64,000 nt of DNA. Source: an uncultured Candidatus Berkelbacteria bacterium (lineage in GTDB: Bacteria > Patescibacteriota > UBA1384 > UBA12157). The position numbers were made by a program, and so were the translations under genes. Shown here in pieces: positions 8,970 through 17,941 of this stretch. The stretch covers positions 17,956-81,955 of the forward strand of contig CAIRFN010000005.1 of assembly GCA_903877885.1 (NCBI GenBank). The letters are read 5' to 3'. Position 1 is the first letter of the stretch; every line of letters starts with the position of its first letter. The notes beneath the pieces were generated by a model. That model was not told the origin of the DNA. It worked only from the letters and a program-made list of their open reading frames with translations, and made no database searches.

Positions 8970-10127
8970 CTAGTTCTGTACTTTGCTTTTTTGCCAGTCG
9001 CGGATTTTTTGAATCACTTCATGACCACGAGTTTCGAGACTTTCACCAGCTAAATTGAAAGCCGCGGCGGCTTCGTGACCGCCGCCGCCAAATAATCTGG
9101 CGATAGCAGAAACGTCAACTCCGGCGCGAGCGGCCCGGAATGAGCCATGAAGACCATCATTTTTTTCAGAAAGTAACATCGCAAAATCAATGTTTGGCGC
9201 AGTTTTTAAGAGTTCATCTAAAACACCCGAAGAGGCCGAATCATCAGCGCCAGCATCTGCAAAATCTTGGCGCTTGATTGCCGACCAAATAAATTTGGAT
9301 TGAGCTTCGTCGTGAACATTTTCCAAAACTCGACCCCAAAGTTTTAAGGTAGATAAAGTTTTGGTTTTGAAAATCCATTTGATAATTTCTTGCTGTCTGG
9401 CTCCGGCGGCTACCAATTGCGCCGCCACAGTAAAAGATTTTGGGGTTGTATTAGCATTTTGAAAACTGCCGGTGTCGACAATAATACCGGTTAACAAAGC
9501 AGTGGCCACATCAACATCAAGCAAAGGTTTTTCGCGGCTAAGTGATTCAACCAAAGCGACCAAAATTTCCGCGGTCGAGGTTGCGGTTAAATCCACCCAG
9601 TTAACCTTACCAAAATAATCATTACCCGGGTGATGATCAATATTAACCACTGGAGTTTCATAAAATAAATCTGTATTTTTGTCGTAAATTGTGCCAAGTC
9701 GATCTAAATCTGGCGCATCCAAAACCACAATCAAATCATATTTAAACGCGCCTTGAGAGAAAGTCACATCTTCAGGTCGAAATGAACCGTTAATTGGAGT
9801 TATGACCACATTCAATTTATTTTCTTCTGGCAAATTTTTGTAAGATAATTTATCAACTTTAATTTTACTGGTATTAACCGAAATGATAAAATCTTTTGTA
9901 CCTGAAAAATTTGAACTTAAGTTTTCTTTACCAGGCAAAAATCGCAAATTTTCTGGTAAAACTTCAGAAGTCACGGCTGTCACTTCTTTGCCGAGTTTTT
10001 TGAGTACCAAAGACAGAGCAATCATTGAGCCCAAAGCATCACCATCTGGGTTGACATGGCTTAAAATCAAAACACGCTGTGCAGAACGCAACAATTCAAT
10101 TGTTTGCTGTTTGGGAGTTAATTCCAC
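8970..10127 (-). CDS. nrnA: DHH/DHHA1 phosphoesterase (NrnA-like oligoribonuclease and pAp phosphatase)
   Basis: 385 aa. N-terminal HVNPDGDALGS DHH motif and C-terminal GGGH DHHA1 motif. Confidence 0.85.
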   Translation of the reverse strand: MELTPKQQTIELLRSAQRVLILSHVNPDGDALGSMIALSLVLKKLGKEVTAVTSEVLPENLRFLPGKENLSSNFSGTKDFIISVNTSKIKVDKLSYKNLPEENKLNVVITPINGSFRPEDVTFSQGAFKYDLIVVLDAPDLDRLGTIYDKNTDLFYETPVVNIDHHPGNDYFGKVNWVDLTATSTAEILVALVESLSREKPLLDVDVATALLTGIIVDTGSFQNANTTPKSFTVAAQLVAAGARQQEIIKWIFKTKTLSTLKLWGRVLENVHDEAQSKFIWSAIKRQDFADAGADDSASSGVLDELLKTAPNIDFAMLLSEKNDGLHGSFRAARAGVDVSAIARLFGGGGHEAAAAFNLAGESLETRGHEVIQKIRDWQKSKVQN

Positions 10128-10200
10128 TTTTACCTCAAATTTACTTCAGTCTTATACTTTAGCAACTATTCAATATATTAGAAAGAGCCCGTTTTGTCAA

Positions 10201-10240
10201 CCCCGTTAGATATTTTTTCGGTTTTTTATATCTAACGGGG
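10201..10240. promoter_or_regulatory. 13-bp perfect inverted repeat with a U-rich loop between the divergent nrnA and rpsT genes
   Basis: ccccgttagatat ... atatctaacgggg, separated by tttttcggtttttt. No gene ends here, so it is not a simple terminator. Confidence 0.4.
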
Positions 10241-10324
10241 TCAAGGGTTTCAGATAACTCTTGCAAACTTTCTTCTCATATGATATTATCTAACTATTCA
10301 AATTAGAAAATCGAAAAGGAAAAA

Positions 10325-10633
10325 ATGCCAATTACCAAATCTGCGAAGAAATCATTAAAAGTTTCCCGCACCAAACAAGCTCAAAATTACACCAACGAAG
10401 TCAAATTAGAAAAAGCGATCCGCACTGCCGATGCCAAATCTGTTAACGATGTAGTTAGTTTAATCGACAAAGCGGCTAAAACCGGTTTGATGCACGACAA
10501 CAAAGCCGGCCGACTTAAGAGTCAGTTAGCCAAAAAATTCGGCACACCGGCTGTCGCCAAATCGAAAGTCGAAAGTAAAAAGTCTGTAAAGACAGAAAAA
10601 CCAAAAGTTGCTAAAAAAACAGCCAAGAAATAG
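10325..10633 (+). CDS. rpsT: 30S ribosomal protein S20
   Basis: N-terminus MPITKSAKKSLKVSRTKQAQN, a basic 102-aa protein. RBS aaaaggaaaaa. Confidence 0.9.
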   Translation: MPITKSAKKSLKVSRTKQAQNYTNEVKLEKAIRTADAKSVNDVVSLIDKAAKTGLMHDNKAGRLKSQLAKKFGTPAVAKSKVESKKSVKTEKPKVAKKTAKK

Positions 10634-10735
10634 TATTTAGTATCTGGCAGTAAGTATCTGGTATTAAAAATTATTATGTTCCCATACTAAATACCAGCTA
10701 CTAGATACCATATACCAATCAAAAGGAGTGGGAAA

Positions 10736-11344
10736 TTGAATCAAATATCTGAAAATGCGCCCAAAGAGAGCGTCAAACACAGACTATTTTACGGCGCTGG
10801 TTGCGCTTTTGAACTCACTAAATGGATTATTGTTTTAGTTATTGCTATTACAATGATTCATTTTTTTATTGCCACGATTGCAGTTGTCGATGGCGTTTCA
10901 ATGGAACCAAATTTCCACACCAACCAGATAGTTTTAGTCAATCGCTGGAACTATAACTTTGGTAAACCCGCCCGCGGCGATGCGGTGATTCTAAAATTCC
11001 CGGGCGATCCGGATCATAAAAAATACATCAAACGAATTATCGGTTTACCCGGAGAACATGTTAAAGTCGCCGGCGGCGAGGTTTACATCAATGGCCAAAA
11101 AATAAATGAACCATTTTTAGGCCAAGGCATTAAAACCTATAAACTCGATCCTACAGGTGTGCCTTTAACCAATGAAGTTTTAGATGTTACCGTCAAGCCT
11201 GATGAATACTTTATCATGGGTGATAACCGTCCGAATTCCAATGATTCTCGAACCTGGGGCACAGCCGGCCGCCGTTTCTTAATCGGCAAAGCCATGTTTG
11301 TAATCTGGCCAACCCAGGAAATAGTCCCGGAAGTTAAGTTCTAA
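10736..11344 (+). CDS. lepB: Signal peptidase I
   Basis: Catalytic Ser box GVSMEPNF, Lys box KRIIGLPGE and box E GDNRPNSNDSRTWG. TTG start preceded by aaggagtggg. Confidence 0.9.
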   Translation: MNQISENAPKESVKHRLFYGAGCAFELTKWIIVLVIAITMIHFFIATIAVVDGVSMEPNFHTNQIVLVNRWNYNFGKPARGDAVILKFPGDPDHKKYIKRIIGLPGEHVKVAGGEVYINGQKINEPFLGQGIKTYKLDPTGVPLTNEVLDVTVKPDEYFIMGDNRPNSNDSRTWGTAGRRFLIGKAMFVIWPTQEIVPEVKF

Positions 11345-11372
11345 AAAATAGTATCTGGTGTACAGAGTAACA

Positions 11373-11408
11373 AAGGACAGTCCTTAAACGCGTAAAAGGA
11401 CTGTCCTT
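11373..11408. repeat. REP-like palindromic element (aaggacagtcctt arms), copy 1
   Basis: aaggacagtcctt-aaacgcgtaa-aaggactgtcctt followed by tttt. Located between the convergent genes lepB and 11469..12995. Confidence 0.8.
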
Positions 11409-11468
11409 TTAAATTATAGATCGCCACGGTCTGCTGACCTCGCGATGACAATTTTTTTAGATCTATCT

Positions 11469-12995
11469 TTATTCTACTGTCGGGTCGTGGGATTTATCCA
11501 AACTAGTACCAACATATGTAATGAGTGGGAAAAGTTCTTCAGTAAAGGCTTCCAAAGTTACCACGGCGCTATCTGATTCATACCAATCCGGTTTGGCGAA
11601 ATTAGTTTCTTTAAATCTGTTAGCCCAAGTAATTTCATCGCCAAAAACAATAGCATAAGGCAAATATTTGTTAAACACGTCCTCTAAAGTCGCGCCGGCC
11701 TCAATCCGTTTATTCATCGTCAAATATTGCTTAAATTGCAACCATTGTCGCAGTGCCACTGAACCGGTCACACTGCGGACTGGCATCAACCCGGAAATAC
11801 TGATAATTACCCAAGAAGCGGCCATTTGACCGATCCAAAAAAATAAAACATATTTTGGATCCGGTCCATAAAAAGCGGTGTAGAAAAAACCGACCAAACT
11901 CAAGAAAAAAGCGACTACGCCAGTATTGCGCCAATAAGTATGAATCACCGCCGGATTTTGAACAAAATAACCATTTTTGGTCGCTTCATTATAGATATTC
12001 AAATAAACCTCGGCAATCTTGCGCGAAAAAATATGACGGCCAATTCTCATCTGAACATCCTCGCCCGTACTCTTATACATTTGCGGCATAAAAATTTTAC
12101 TAAGTAAAATCCGCTCAAATTCGTGTAATTGGGGCGAATGCTCCAAATCCAGGCTTTTTCGCTTACCAAAGGAAAAAGTGCCATCTTGATGGCGATTGAT
12201 AAATAAAAAGTTTCGACAAGCCAAATCAATCAAAGTGGCGGCGATTTCCCGAGAACCAACCCGGCCGTCCATCAGAGCGCCAACCACCGCCGGCGACATA
12301 CCGCTTGGCGGAACATTGACAATTTTTTTACTGATGTAAAAATATTGATCTTGACGGCGACGAATAATCATCCCGATTAAAATAATCCAGGTTAGCGCCG
12401 GAAAACCAATCGCAAAAATCAAGTAAGATTTAGTGGGAATTTGAGCTAAGAAAAAAATTAATTGCTTGAGCGGCGGCGGCGTTAAAATAGTTTTTGGTAG
12501 ATCGGCCACCACCGTATAAGAAGCGCTTTGATCAATGTTATCAGCCACAAAAACCAGGGTTCGGCTATCGGCTAAATATTCTCTATGCGATTCAATCCCA
12601 TGAACCGCGTAAACCCGTTGCGTAACCTGATCGGCAGTCACATCTTCAGGTAGATGCATCGTCACCGTAAAGTTGCTTAAAAACGAACCAGGACTATCGA
12701 GAGCTAAAATACTAATTTCATATGCATTTGGCAGAATTTTTAAATCATTGGATAGACTTTTCTTCTCGGTTAAAACCTGGCCATTAGAGGTTACGATCAC
12801 ATCCAGATTTTGCGGAGTCGCCGCCTGTTCAGCCGTCAATTTCACAAATTCGTTCGAAGCGCTGGTTTTACTCTGATTTTGCCAAATGGCGTAACCGCCA
12901 CCGACGGTGATTGCTAAAATTAAAAATACAAAAAACTTCCGCCAATAAATATTGGTATTGCGTAATAATAATTGGACTAATTCAAAATTAGTCAT
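11469..12995 (-). CDS. Membrane protein, DUF2207-like architecture (N-terminal TM, large extracytoplasmic domain, C-terminal TM cluster)
   Basis: The start is trimmed to the ATG at 12995 (MTNFELVQLLL..), which has a GGAGGGG RBS. The track extends to 13118. Confidence 0.5.
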   Translation of the reverse strand: MTNFELVQLLLRNTNIYWRKFFVFLILAITVGGGYAIWQNQSKTSASNEFVKLTAEQAATPQNLDVIVTSNGQVLTEKKSLSNDLKILPNAYEISILALDSPGSFLSNFTVTMHLPEDVTADQVTQRVYAVHGIESHREYLADSRTLVFVADNIDQSASYTVVADLPKTILTPPPLKQLIFFLAQIPTKSYLIFAIGFPALTWIILIGMIIRRRQDQYFYISKKIVNVPPSGMSPAVVGALMDGRVGSREIAATLIDLACRNFLFINRHQDGTFSFGKRKSLDLEHSPQLHEFERILLSKIFMPQMYKSTGEDVQMRIGRHIFSRKIAEVYLNIYNEATKNGYFVQNPAVIHTYWRNTGVVAFFLSLVGFFYTAFYGPDPKYVLFFWIGQMAASWVIISISGLMPVRSVTGSVALRQWLQFKQYLTMNKRIEAGATLEDVFNKYLPYAIVFGDEITWANRFKETNFAKPDWYESDSAVVTLEAFTEELFPLITYVGTSLDKSHDPTVE

Positions 12996-13145
12996 TGATT
13001 CCCCTCCGCTCATCCATGACCTATGGATATTATGTAGTTGAGCGCCCTCCGAATCTACACTGTCAGTAGAGGACGAAGCCCCTTTGACAGTAAAGATGTA
13101 GGATGGGCTATTTACCATTATAACAAAATTTCTAACTTTAAGCGA

Positions 13146-14177
13146 TTAACTCGCTAATTTAAGAACTAATAAGTCGAGGGCCACTTTTGGCTCAACCTGA
13201 CCGGTTTTCATCGCCAAATCGTTTTCCATTAATTCATGGTAGATTTTTTTCAGTTCTATCATATTGTAATTCTTAATTAAATTTAGGCTTTTACCGGCCA
13301 CAAACGGATGCAATCCAGCCCGTTTCGACAGCTCCCACTGCGAATTTACTCCGCGCTCGGCAAAATCCATCGTAATTAACAGGTTCCGATATTGATAAAC
13401 AATCATCGACAAAATATAGAGTTCATTTTCGCCATTATCTAAAAGTCGGTGTAATTCGTATAATGATTTTTTGACGTTTCGACTAGCGACCGCGTCAACC
13501 AGAGCAAAAATATCGCTGGAAGTTTGCGGTTTAACCAAGAGTTCGATATTTTGAACTGTAATAATATTGTCATCCTCGAGCCGGTGTGAGTCTTTATCGA
13601 ACACCGACATCGGGGATCCAGATCCCGGATCCTGAAGCCTTCCGGTCCGGGATGACAGACCTTTAAAAGTTGCAAGTTTGGCAATTTCATTTCCTAACCG
13701 CCACAAATCGGCGCCAACATATTCAAATAATTTTTGAACACCATCAGATGTAATCGTACCATTTAATTTAGCAACTTCTTCGCGAATCCAGGTTTTTGCA
13801 CCTTGTTCATCAAGCGGTTTAAATTCTTGGGTTTTTTGTTTAGCTAATTTTTTGTAAAGCGATGTCCGTTTATCTGGCACGCCTGCTTCAGCAAAAACCA
13901 AAACGGTTGTTTCCGGGACTTTCGGCAAAAATTCGCCGATTTTTTCTTGTTCATCCTTTTTTCCTTCTAACAACAAATTTTCAATAATCACCAGCCGACT
14001 TTTGGCTAAAAATGGATAGGCCAAAATCTGCCGAATCATAAAATCGGCTTTAGTCGTCTTGCCGTCAATCACCGCTAAATTTGTGTCCCCTAAAGACGCG
14101 GAAATATACTTTTCCTTCATCTCTTTAATTTTTTGTTTTAGTCTGTAAGTATCCTCGCCAAAAAGAAATAATATCAT
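13146..14177 (-). CDS. holA: DNA polymerase III delta subunit-like (HolA)
   Basis: 343 aa. N-terminus MILFLFGEDTYRLKQKIKEMKEKY and overall delta-subunit layout. It carries an in-frame family-A element at 13568-13657. Confidence 0.65.
   Translation of the reverse strand: MILFLFGEDTYRLKQKIKEMKEKYISASLGDTNLAVIDGKTTKADFMIRQILAYPFLAKSRLVIIENLLLEGKKDEQEKIGEFLPKVPETTVLVFAEAGVPDKRTSLYKKLAKQKTQEFKPLDEQGAKTWIREEVAKLNGTITSDGVQKLFEYVGADLWRLGNEIAKLATFKGLSSRTGRLQDPGSGSPMSVFDKDSHRLEDDNIITVQNIELLVKPQTSSDIFALVDAVASRNVKKSLYELHRLLDNGENELYILSMIVYQYRNLLITMDFAERGVNSQWELSKRAGLHPFVAGKSLNLIKNYNMIELKKIYHELMENDLAMKTGQVEPKVALDLLVLKLAS
13568..13657. repeat. Family-A MITE-like palindromic element (tgtcatcctcgag...gggatgaca) inserted in frame in holA
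   Basis: Termini tgtcatcctcgagccgg.. and ..ccggtccgggatgaca. Translated through as ..RLQDPGSGSPMSVFDKDSHRLEDDN.. Confidence 0.8.
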
Positions 14178-14257
14178 GGTTTGAGTATATCTGATTTTCT
14201 TGACTTTTCAACCTTTTTACGCTACAATTTGGACATTCGAACCTTGGAGGAAAGTCG

Positions 14258-14503
14258 ATGACGATATGCGATAAAATAAATCTGGCTATCCTCGAGTTCT
14301 GGCAAAATTATTGGGAAGAGTCAGAAGATCCGTACGGCGATTTTTTAAGCACGACTCGCGAAGAATTATTGCAAAATTTTTCACAGAAATTATCTGTTGC
14401 GCAAAAAAAACATTTTCTTCATTGCCCAGAATGTACCAGTTACTTTCACGGACACTATTTAATCCGTGAAGAAATGGCCGTCTACAACGACTTCAATGAC
14501 TAA
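14258..14503 (+). CDS. Small CxxC zinc-finger-like protein (81 aa)
   Basis: HCPECTSYFHGH motif. RBS ggaggaaag. Terminator downstream. Confidence 0.4.
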   Translation: MTICDKINLAILEFWQNYWEESEDPYGDFLSTTREELLQNFSQKLSVAQKKHFLHCPECTSYFHGHYLIREEMAVYNDFND

Positions 14504-14525
14504 AATTCTATTTTCAATCTTACTT

Positions 14526-14547
14526 GCCCCCTCGGGGGCTTTTTTTA
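14526..14547 (+). terminator. Rho-independent terminator
   Basis: gccccc-tc-gggggc followed by ttttttt. Confidence 0.7.
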
Positions 14548-14599
14548 TTGACTTTTGACCGAATTCTCGATACAATCTGGACATCAGAGGAGGTGTACC

Positions 14600-15637
14600 T
14601 TGTTTAACAACATCAATATCATTGGCGTTGGCTCGTTTGTACCAGATCGGGTTTTGACAAACTACGATATCGAGAATATGCGACCTGATGATATCGAGCC
14701 GGAAAATTGGACCAACGATGCCTGGATTTTTCCGCGCACCGGTATTCGTGAACGCCGAGTTGCTCATGACAGTTGGGCTTCGAGTGATTTAATGGTCAGA
14801 GCGGCAAAAAAAGCTTTGCTCGATGCCGAAATGACGATGAATGTTATCGACCTAATCGTCACTTCCACCAGTTTTCCAGACAAGGGTTTTAATAATCCAC
14901 GAACCTCGGAAATCGTCAAAGATAAACTTGGCGCTCGCCAAAAAACTCTCTCGGTTTGCGAAGATGCTGCTTGCGCTGGTTTTACCTGGGCTTTAGAACG
15001 GGCTTGCATGGAAATGTTAAGACACGATTTTAAACATGCCTTAGTCGTCTCTGGCGATAAGGTTACATCGGCCGTCAATTACCAAGACCGCTCAACCTGT
15101 ATTCTCTTTGGTGATGCTGCTGGCGCGGTCATTTTAGAGAAAAATTCTCGATTTGGTGGCATTTACAGAACCCTTCGCGAAACTAATACTAAATACATTG
15201 AGGCGATTGAAATTCCGGCTGGCGGTTCGGCTTTACCATATATCATCAACTCTAACCCGGCTGATTTCTATATCAAAATGCCCGGCGGCGCCGATATGTT
15301 GAAAGTGATTGGTGGCGAGGTTATTCCCCAGCTTTATAATGATTTGAAGCAATATGCCAGACGAGGTGAGGTCAAATTCATTATCCCCCACCAGGCTAAT
15401 GCCCGAATCATTAAAACGGCCAAACATTACCTCAAGAATTTCGCTGGCGAAGTTTTTGACGCCAATATCGAATGTTTTGGTAACACTTCTGGCTCCAGCG
15501 TGCCCCTGGCACTGGACACGATTTATCGCCAAGGCAAACTCGCGCCTGGCGATATGATTATTCTAATGGGTTTTGGCGCCGGTTTTATTTACGGCGCAAA
15601 CCTAATCGAATGGTCCTTGCCAATTTACAAACCTTAA
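14600..15637 (+). CDS. fabH: 3-oxoacyl-ACP synthase III (FabH)-like condensing enzyme
   Basis: Active-site Cys in CEDAACAGFTWAL, His in HQANARII and Asn in GNTSGSS. TTG start at 14600 after GGAGG. The track frame opens at 14555. Confidence 0.75.
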   Translation: MFNNINIIGVGSFVPDRVLTNYDIENMRPDDIEPENWTNDAWIFPRTGIRERRVAHDSWASSDLMVRAAKKALLDAEMTMNVIDLIVTSTSFPDKGFNNPRTSEIVKDKLGARQKTLSVCEDAACAGFTWALERACMEMLRHDFKHALVVSGDKVTSAVNYQDRSTCILFGDAAGAVILEKNSRFGGIYRTLRETNTKYIEAIEIPAGGSALPYIINSNPADFYIKMPGGADMLKVIGGEVIPQLYNDLKQYARRGEVKFIIPHQANARIIKTAKHYLKNFAGEVFDANIECFGNTSGSSVPLALDTIYRQGKLAPGDMIILMGFGAGFIYGANLIEWSLPIYKP

Positions 15638-15691
15638 CCAACACGCGGTGGCCTCCACCGCTTTTTAAATTCTGGCAATCTTCTAACAAAT

Positions 15692-15727
15692 AAGGACAGT
15701 CCTTCAGCGCGTTAAAGGACTGTCCTT
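15692..15727. repeat. REP-like palindromic element, copy 2
   Basis: aaggacagtcctt-cagcgcgtta-aaggactgtcctt followed by ttt. Located just after the fabH-like gene. Confidence 0.8.
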
Positions 15728-15735
15728 TTATTCTT

Positions 15736-15826
15736 TGTCATCCTCGAGCCGGAGGGTACTCCGACATCAAGGATCCAGAAAATTCCTGGATCCCAGATCC
15801 TGAAGCCTTCCAATCTGGGATGACAT
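15736..15826. repeat. Family-A MITE-like element, intergenic copy
   Basis: tgtcatcctcgagccggagggtactccgacatcaaggatccag + aaaattc + ctggatcccagatcctgaagccttccaatctgggatgaca. Confidence 0.8.
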
Positions 15827-15831
15827 AAAAA

Positions 15832-16803
15832 TTAAAACAAGCTCAACCGATTATCTTCCCTATTAGATTTATGAATTCTGGGAATTAAGGATTTAAACCC
15901 GAGGTCTAAAAAGAGTTTTTCCACTTTTTCCTTATCAAAATCGTGAATTTTGGCATCTGATAATTTAAACTCGATCGGCGCATCTGAAACAATTTGTGAC
16001 AATTTTTGGCTTAAATATGCTTGATCTTTGTACTCAATTAATAAGGAAAGAACTTTTTTGGAAATTTTTAACTTTTCTGATAGTTTTTGAATTTTGTCAT
16101 CCTGAGCTTGCGAAGGAACTTTTTTAGATTCTTCACTACCGTTCAGAATGACATTATATAAATTATCAAGTGTTTGAAATTTCTCGATTAGATTGCTGGC
16201 CGTTTTTTCACCTATTCCTGGAACTCCGGGAATATTGTCCGAAGAGTCGCCTTTGAGCGCCTTTAGGTCAACAAATTGACTTGGATTAACATTATACCGC
16301 TCTTTGACTTTATTCTCATCGTACATGACCGCTTGCTGGACACCGCGCGCCATCGAATAAACCTTTGTACTCTGATCAATCAGCTGAAAAGTATCCGAGT
16401 CACCTGTCACAATAATGTTTTCAATTCCACTATCTTCTATCCCCTTTATTATCGTTGCGGCAATATCTTCGCCTTCATATCCTTCGGCCGAAACAATCGG
16501 AATATTCATGGTCTCCAACACTTTTTTGCAATATTGAATTTGCGGCACCAAATCATCAGGCATCGGTTTGCGCGTCGCTTTGTAATCAACATATTCCAAG
16601 TGCCGTTTGGTTGGTTTGGGTAAATCAAAACAAGCCACCAAGTATTCAGGTTGGAGTTCTTTAATGGCAGCAAGTAAAGCCGAGGCAAAACCATAGGCCG
16701 CGTTAATCGGATGACCATCGCGCGTCAAAGTCGGCGGAATACCATAGAATGCCCTAAAAATTAAAGCAAACGAATCAATTAAAACCAAACGATTTTTTAT
16801 CAT
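15832..16803 (-). CDS. 5'-3' exonuclease (Pol I N-terminal-type / FEN-like)
   Basis: 323 aa. N-terminus MIKNRLVLIDSFALIFRAFYGIP with the acidic metal-binding clusters typical of 5'-nuclease domains. It carries an in-frame family-B element. Confidence 0.85.
   Translation of the reverse strand: MIKNRLVLIDSFALIFRAFYGIPPTLTRDGHPINAAYGFASALLAAIKELQPEYLVACFDLPKPTKRHLEYVDYKATRKPMPDDLVPQIQYCKKVLETMNIPIVSAEGYEGEDIAATIIKGIEDSGIENIIVTGDSDTFQLIDQSTKVYSMARGVQQAVMYDENKVKERYNVNPSQFVDLKALKGDSSDNIPGVPGIGEKTASNLIEKFQTLDNLYNVILNGSEESKKVPSQAQDDKIQKLSEKLKISKKVLSLLIEYKDQAYLSQKLSQIVSDAPIEFKLSDAKIHDFDKEKVEKLFLDLGFKSLIPRIHKSNREDNRLSLF
16095..16153. repeat. Family-B palindromic element (tgtcatcctgagc...gttcagaatgaca) in frame in the 5'-exonuclease gene
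   Basis: tgtcatcctgagcttgcgaaggaacttttttagattcttcactaccgttcagaatgaca. Translated as ..PSQAQDDKIQ.. Confidence 0.8.
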
Positions 16804-16835
16804 TATGAATATACTTTAACACAGCTCTCTATACC

Positions 16836-16864
16836 TTGACAAATGGGCGATTTTATGGTACAAT
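16836..16864 (+). promoter_or_regulatory. Near-consensus promoter TTGACA, 17-bp spacer, extended TGgTACAAT
   Basis: ccttgacaaatgggcgattttatggtacaat. It drives the GC-rich lipoprotein gene. Confidence 0.55.
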
Positions 16865-16954
16865 TTATTGTTGCAAAGTTGACTTAGTCAATTGTGACCG
16901 TTAGCAATTTTGCTGACATCGACCCCCGCCCGAGGCGGGAGAAGGAACCTTAAA

Positions 16955-17446
16955 ATGAAAACTTCCCTGAACTTGATGGTAATGGTTGTACTGGCGGTTT
17001 TTTCGGCGCTCCTGATGACAGGTTGCGGCGAAACGGCCGATCCGGGCAATCTCGCCGCCAAATCGTCAATCGCCATCACCGGCGATGTCTCCCCGACCGC
17101 CAACGGCGCGACGTTCCATGTCTGCCTGACCAACCCGAATCCCGGCACGGTCAGTAAGAACGTGAAGGCGAATATCTTCATCAACCCAAACAGGAAGCTG
17201 GAAGTCTTTGCTGAAACCACCGTGGGTACAAACATCACCAGTTGGCTGTACCTCGACATCCCCAATGGGATGAAAATCGGTACCGTGACCCTGTGCCAGT
17301 GGGACGTCGAGAACAACTGGATTGTTGTTCCGATTGACCCAGTCATGGCAAAAAACCCCAGGAGCATCGACGTCGGCGACATCCTGGCACAGACGCCAAC
17401 AACACAAAACCAACGCTACCTTTATGGAACGTTGGTCCCCAAATAA
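16955..17446 (+). CDS. Lipoprotein (signal peptide with LMTGC lipobox) in a GC-rich island
   Basis: MKTSLNLMVMVVLAVFSALLMTGCGE. The start is trimmed to the ATG at 16955. Markedly higher GC than the flanks. Own promoter and terminator. Confidence 0.55.
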   Translation: MKTSLNLMVMVVLAVFSALLMTGCGETADPGNLAAKSSIAITGDVSPTANGATFHVCLTNPNPGTVSKNVKANIFINPNRKLEVFAETTVGTNITSWLYLDIPNGMKIGTVTLCQWDVENNWIVVPIDPVMAKNPRSIDVGDILAQTPTTQNQRYLYGTLVPK

Positions 17447-17464
17447 CACCGCAATAAAATGCGA

Positions 17465-17502
17465 AACTCCCCCTTTCATTACGATTGGGGGAGTTTTGTT
17501 TT
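17465..17502 (+). terminator. Rho-independent terminator
   Basis: aactccccc ... gggggagtt followed by ttgtttt. Confidence 0.7.
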
Positions 17503-17506
17503 AAAA

Positions 17507-17531
17507 TATGAAGTATGAATCATGAAGTATG
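17507..17531. repeat. Left 25-bp inverted repeat flanking the four-helix-bundle gene
   Basis: gaagtatgaatcatgaagtatggat is an imperfect reverse complement of 17914-17938. Confidence 0.6.
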
Positions 17532-17533
17532 GA

Positions 17534-17911
17534 TTACGGTAAATGACTTTTAGAGCTTTTAATTAAACCGGTTAATAATTTATGAACTATAACTGTTTTG
17601 TTAGCTAAATCAATAAAAATTTTGTTATCAATGTAGCCTATATCTCGCGCGATTAATAACTGATTCTGGAGCTCAGCTACAGAACCTTGAGAAATAGCAT
17701 AAAATTGGATTTTATCTTTATATGATTGACGACAAAATCCCTCGGCAATATTTGAGGTGATTGAGACTGCACATCTTTGAATTTGATTTGTTAAACTAAA
17801 AATTTCGCTTTTAGGAAAATTTTTTGCCGCTTTATATATCCCTAAAACAAGTTCATGCCCTGTTTGCCACGCGTTTAAATCTGTGAATGATTTAATCGAT
17901 TTCCCTTCCAT
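17534..17911 (-). CDS. Four-helix-bundle protein (23S rRNA intervening-sequence protein family)
   Basis: 125 aa. Characteristic ..AWQ..HELV..IYK..FPK.E...L..Q..R...S...NIAEG.. pattern. Confidence 0.8.
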   Translation of the reverse strand: MEGKSIKSFTDLNAWQTGHELVLGIYKAAKNFPKSEIFSLTNQIQRCAVSITSNIAEGFCRQSYKDKIQFYAISQGSVAELQNQLLIARDIGYIDNKIFIDLANKTVIVHKLLTGLIKSSKSHLP

Positions 17912-17913
17912 AA

Positions 17914-17938
17914 TTCATACTCCATGATCCATACTTCT
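17914..17938. repeat. Right 25-bp inverted repeat flanking the four-helix-bundle gene
   Basis: attcatactccatgatccatacttc. About 22 of 25 positions match the reverse complement of the left repeat. Confidence 0.6.
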
Positions 17939-17941
17939 ACC

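Noticed and set aside
11731-12229. Several 60-80-aa ORFs on both strands inside the 11469..12995 membrane-protein gene
   Set aside because: They are nested within a longer, well-supported ORF and have no RBS.
13118-13119. N-terminal extensions of track ORFs. Examples: 12996-13118 of the DUF2207-like gene, 16910-16954 of the lipoprotein, 7649-7681 of rpsO, 57585-57614 of the secreted protein.
   Set aside because: Internal ATGs with proper GGAGG-type RBSs, and with signal-peptide or family-consistent N-termini, give better starts. The upstream extensions lack RBSs.
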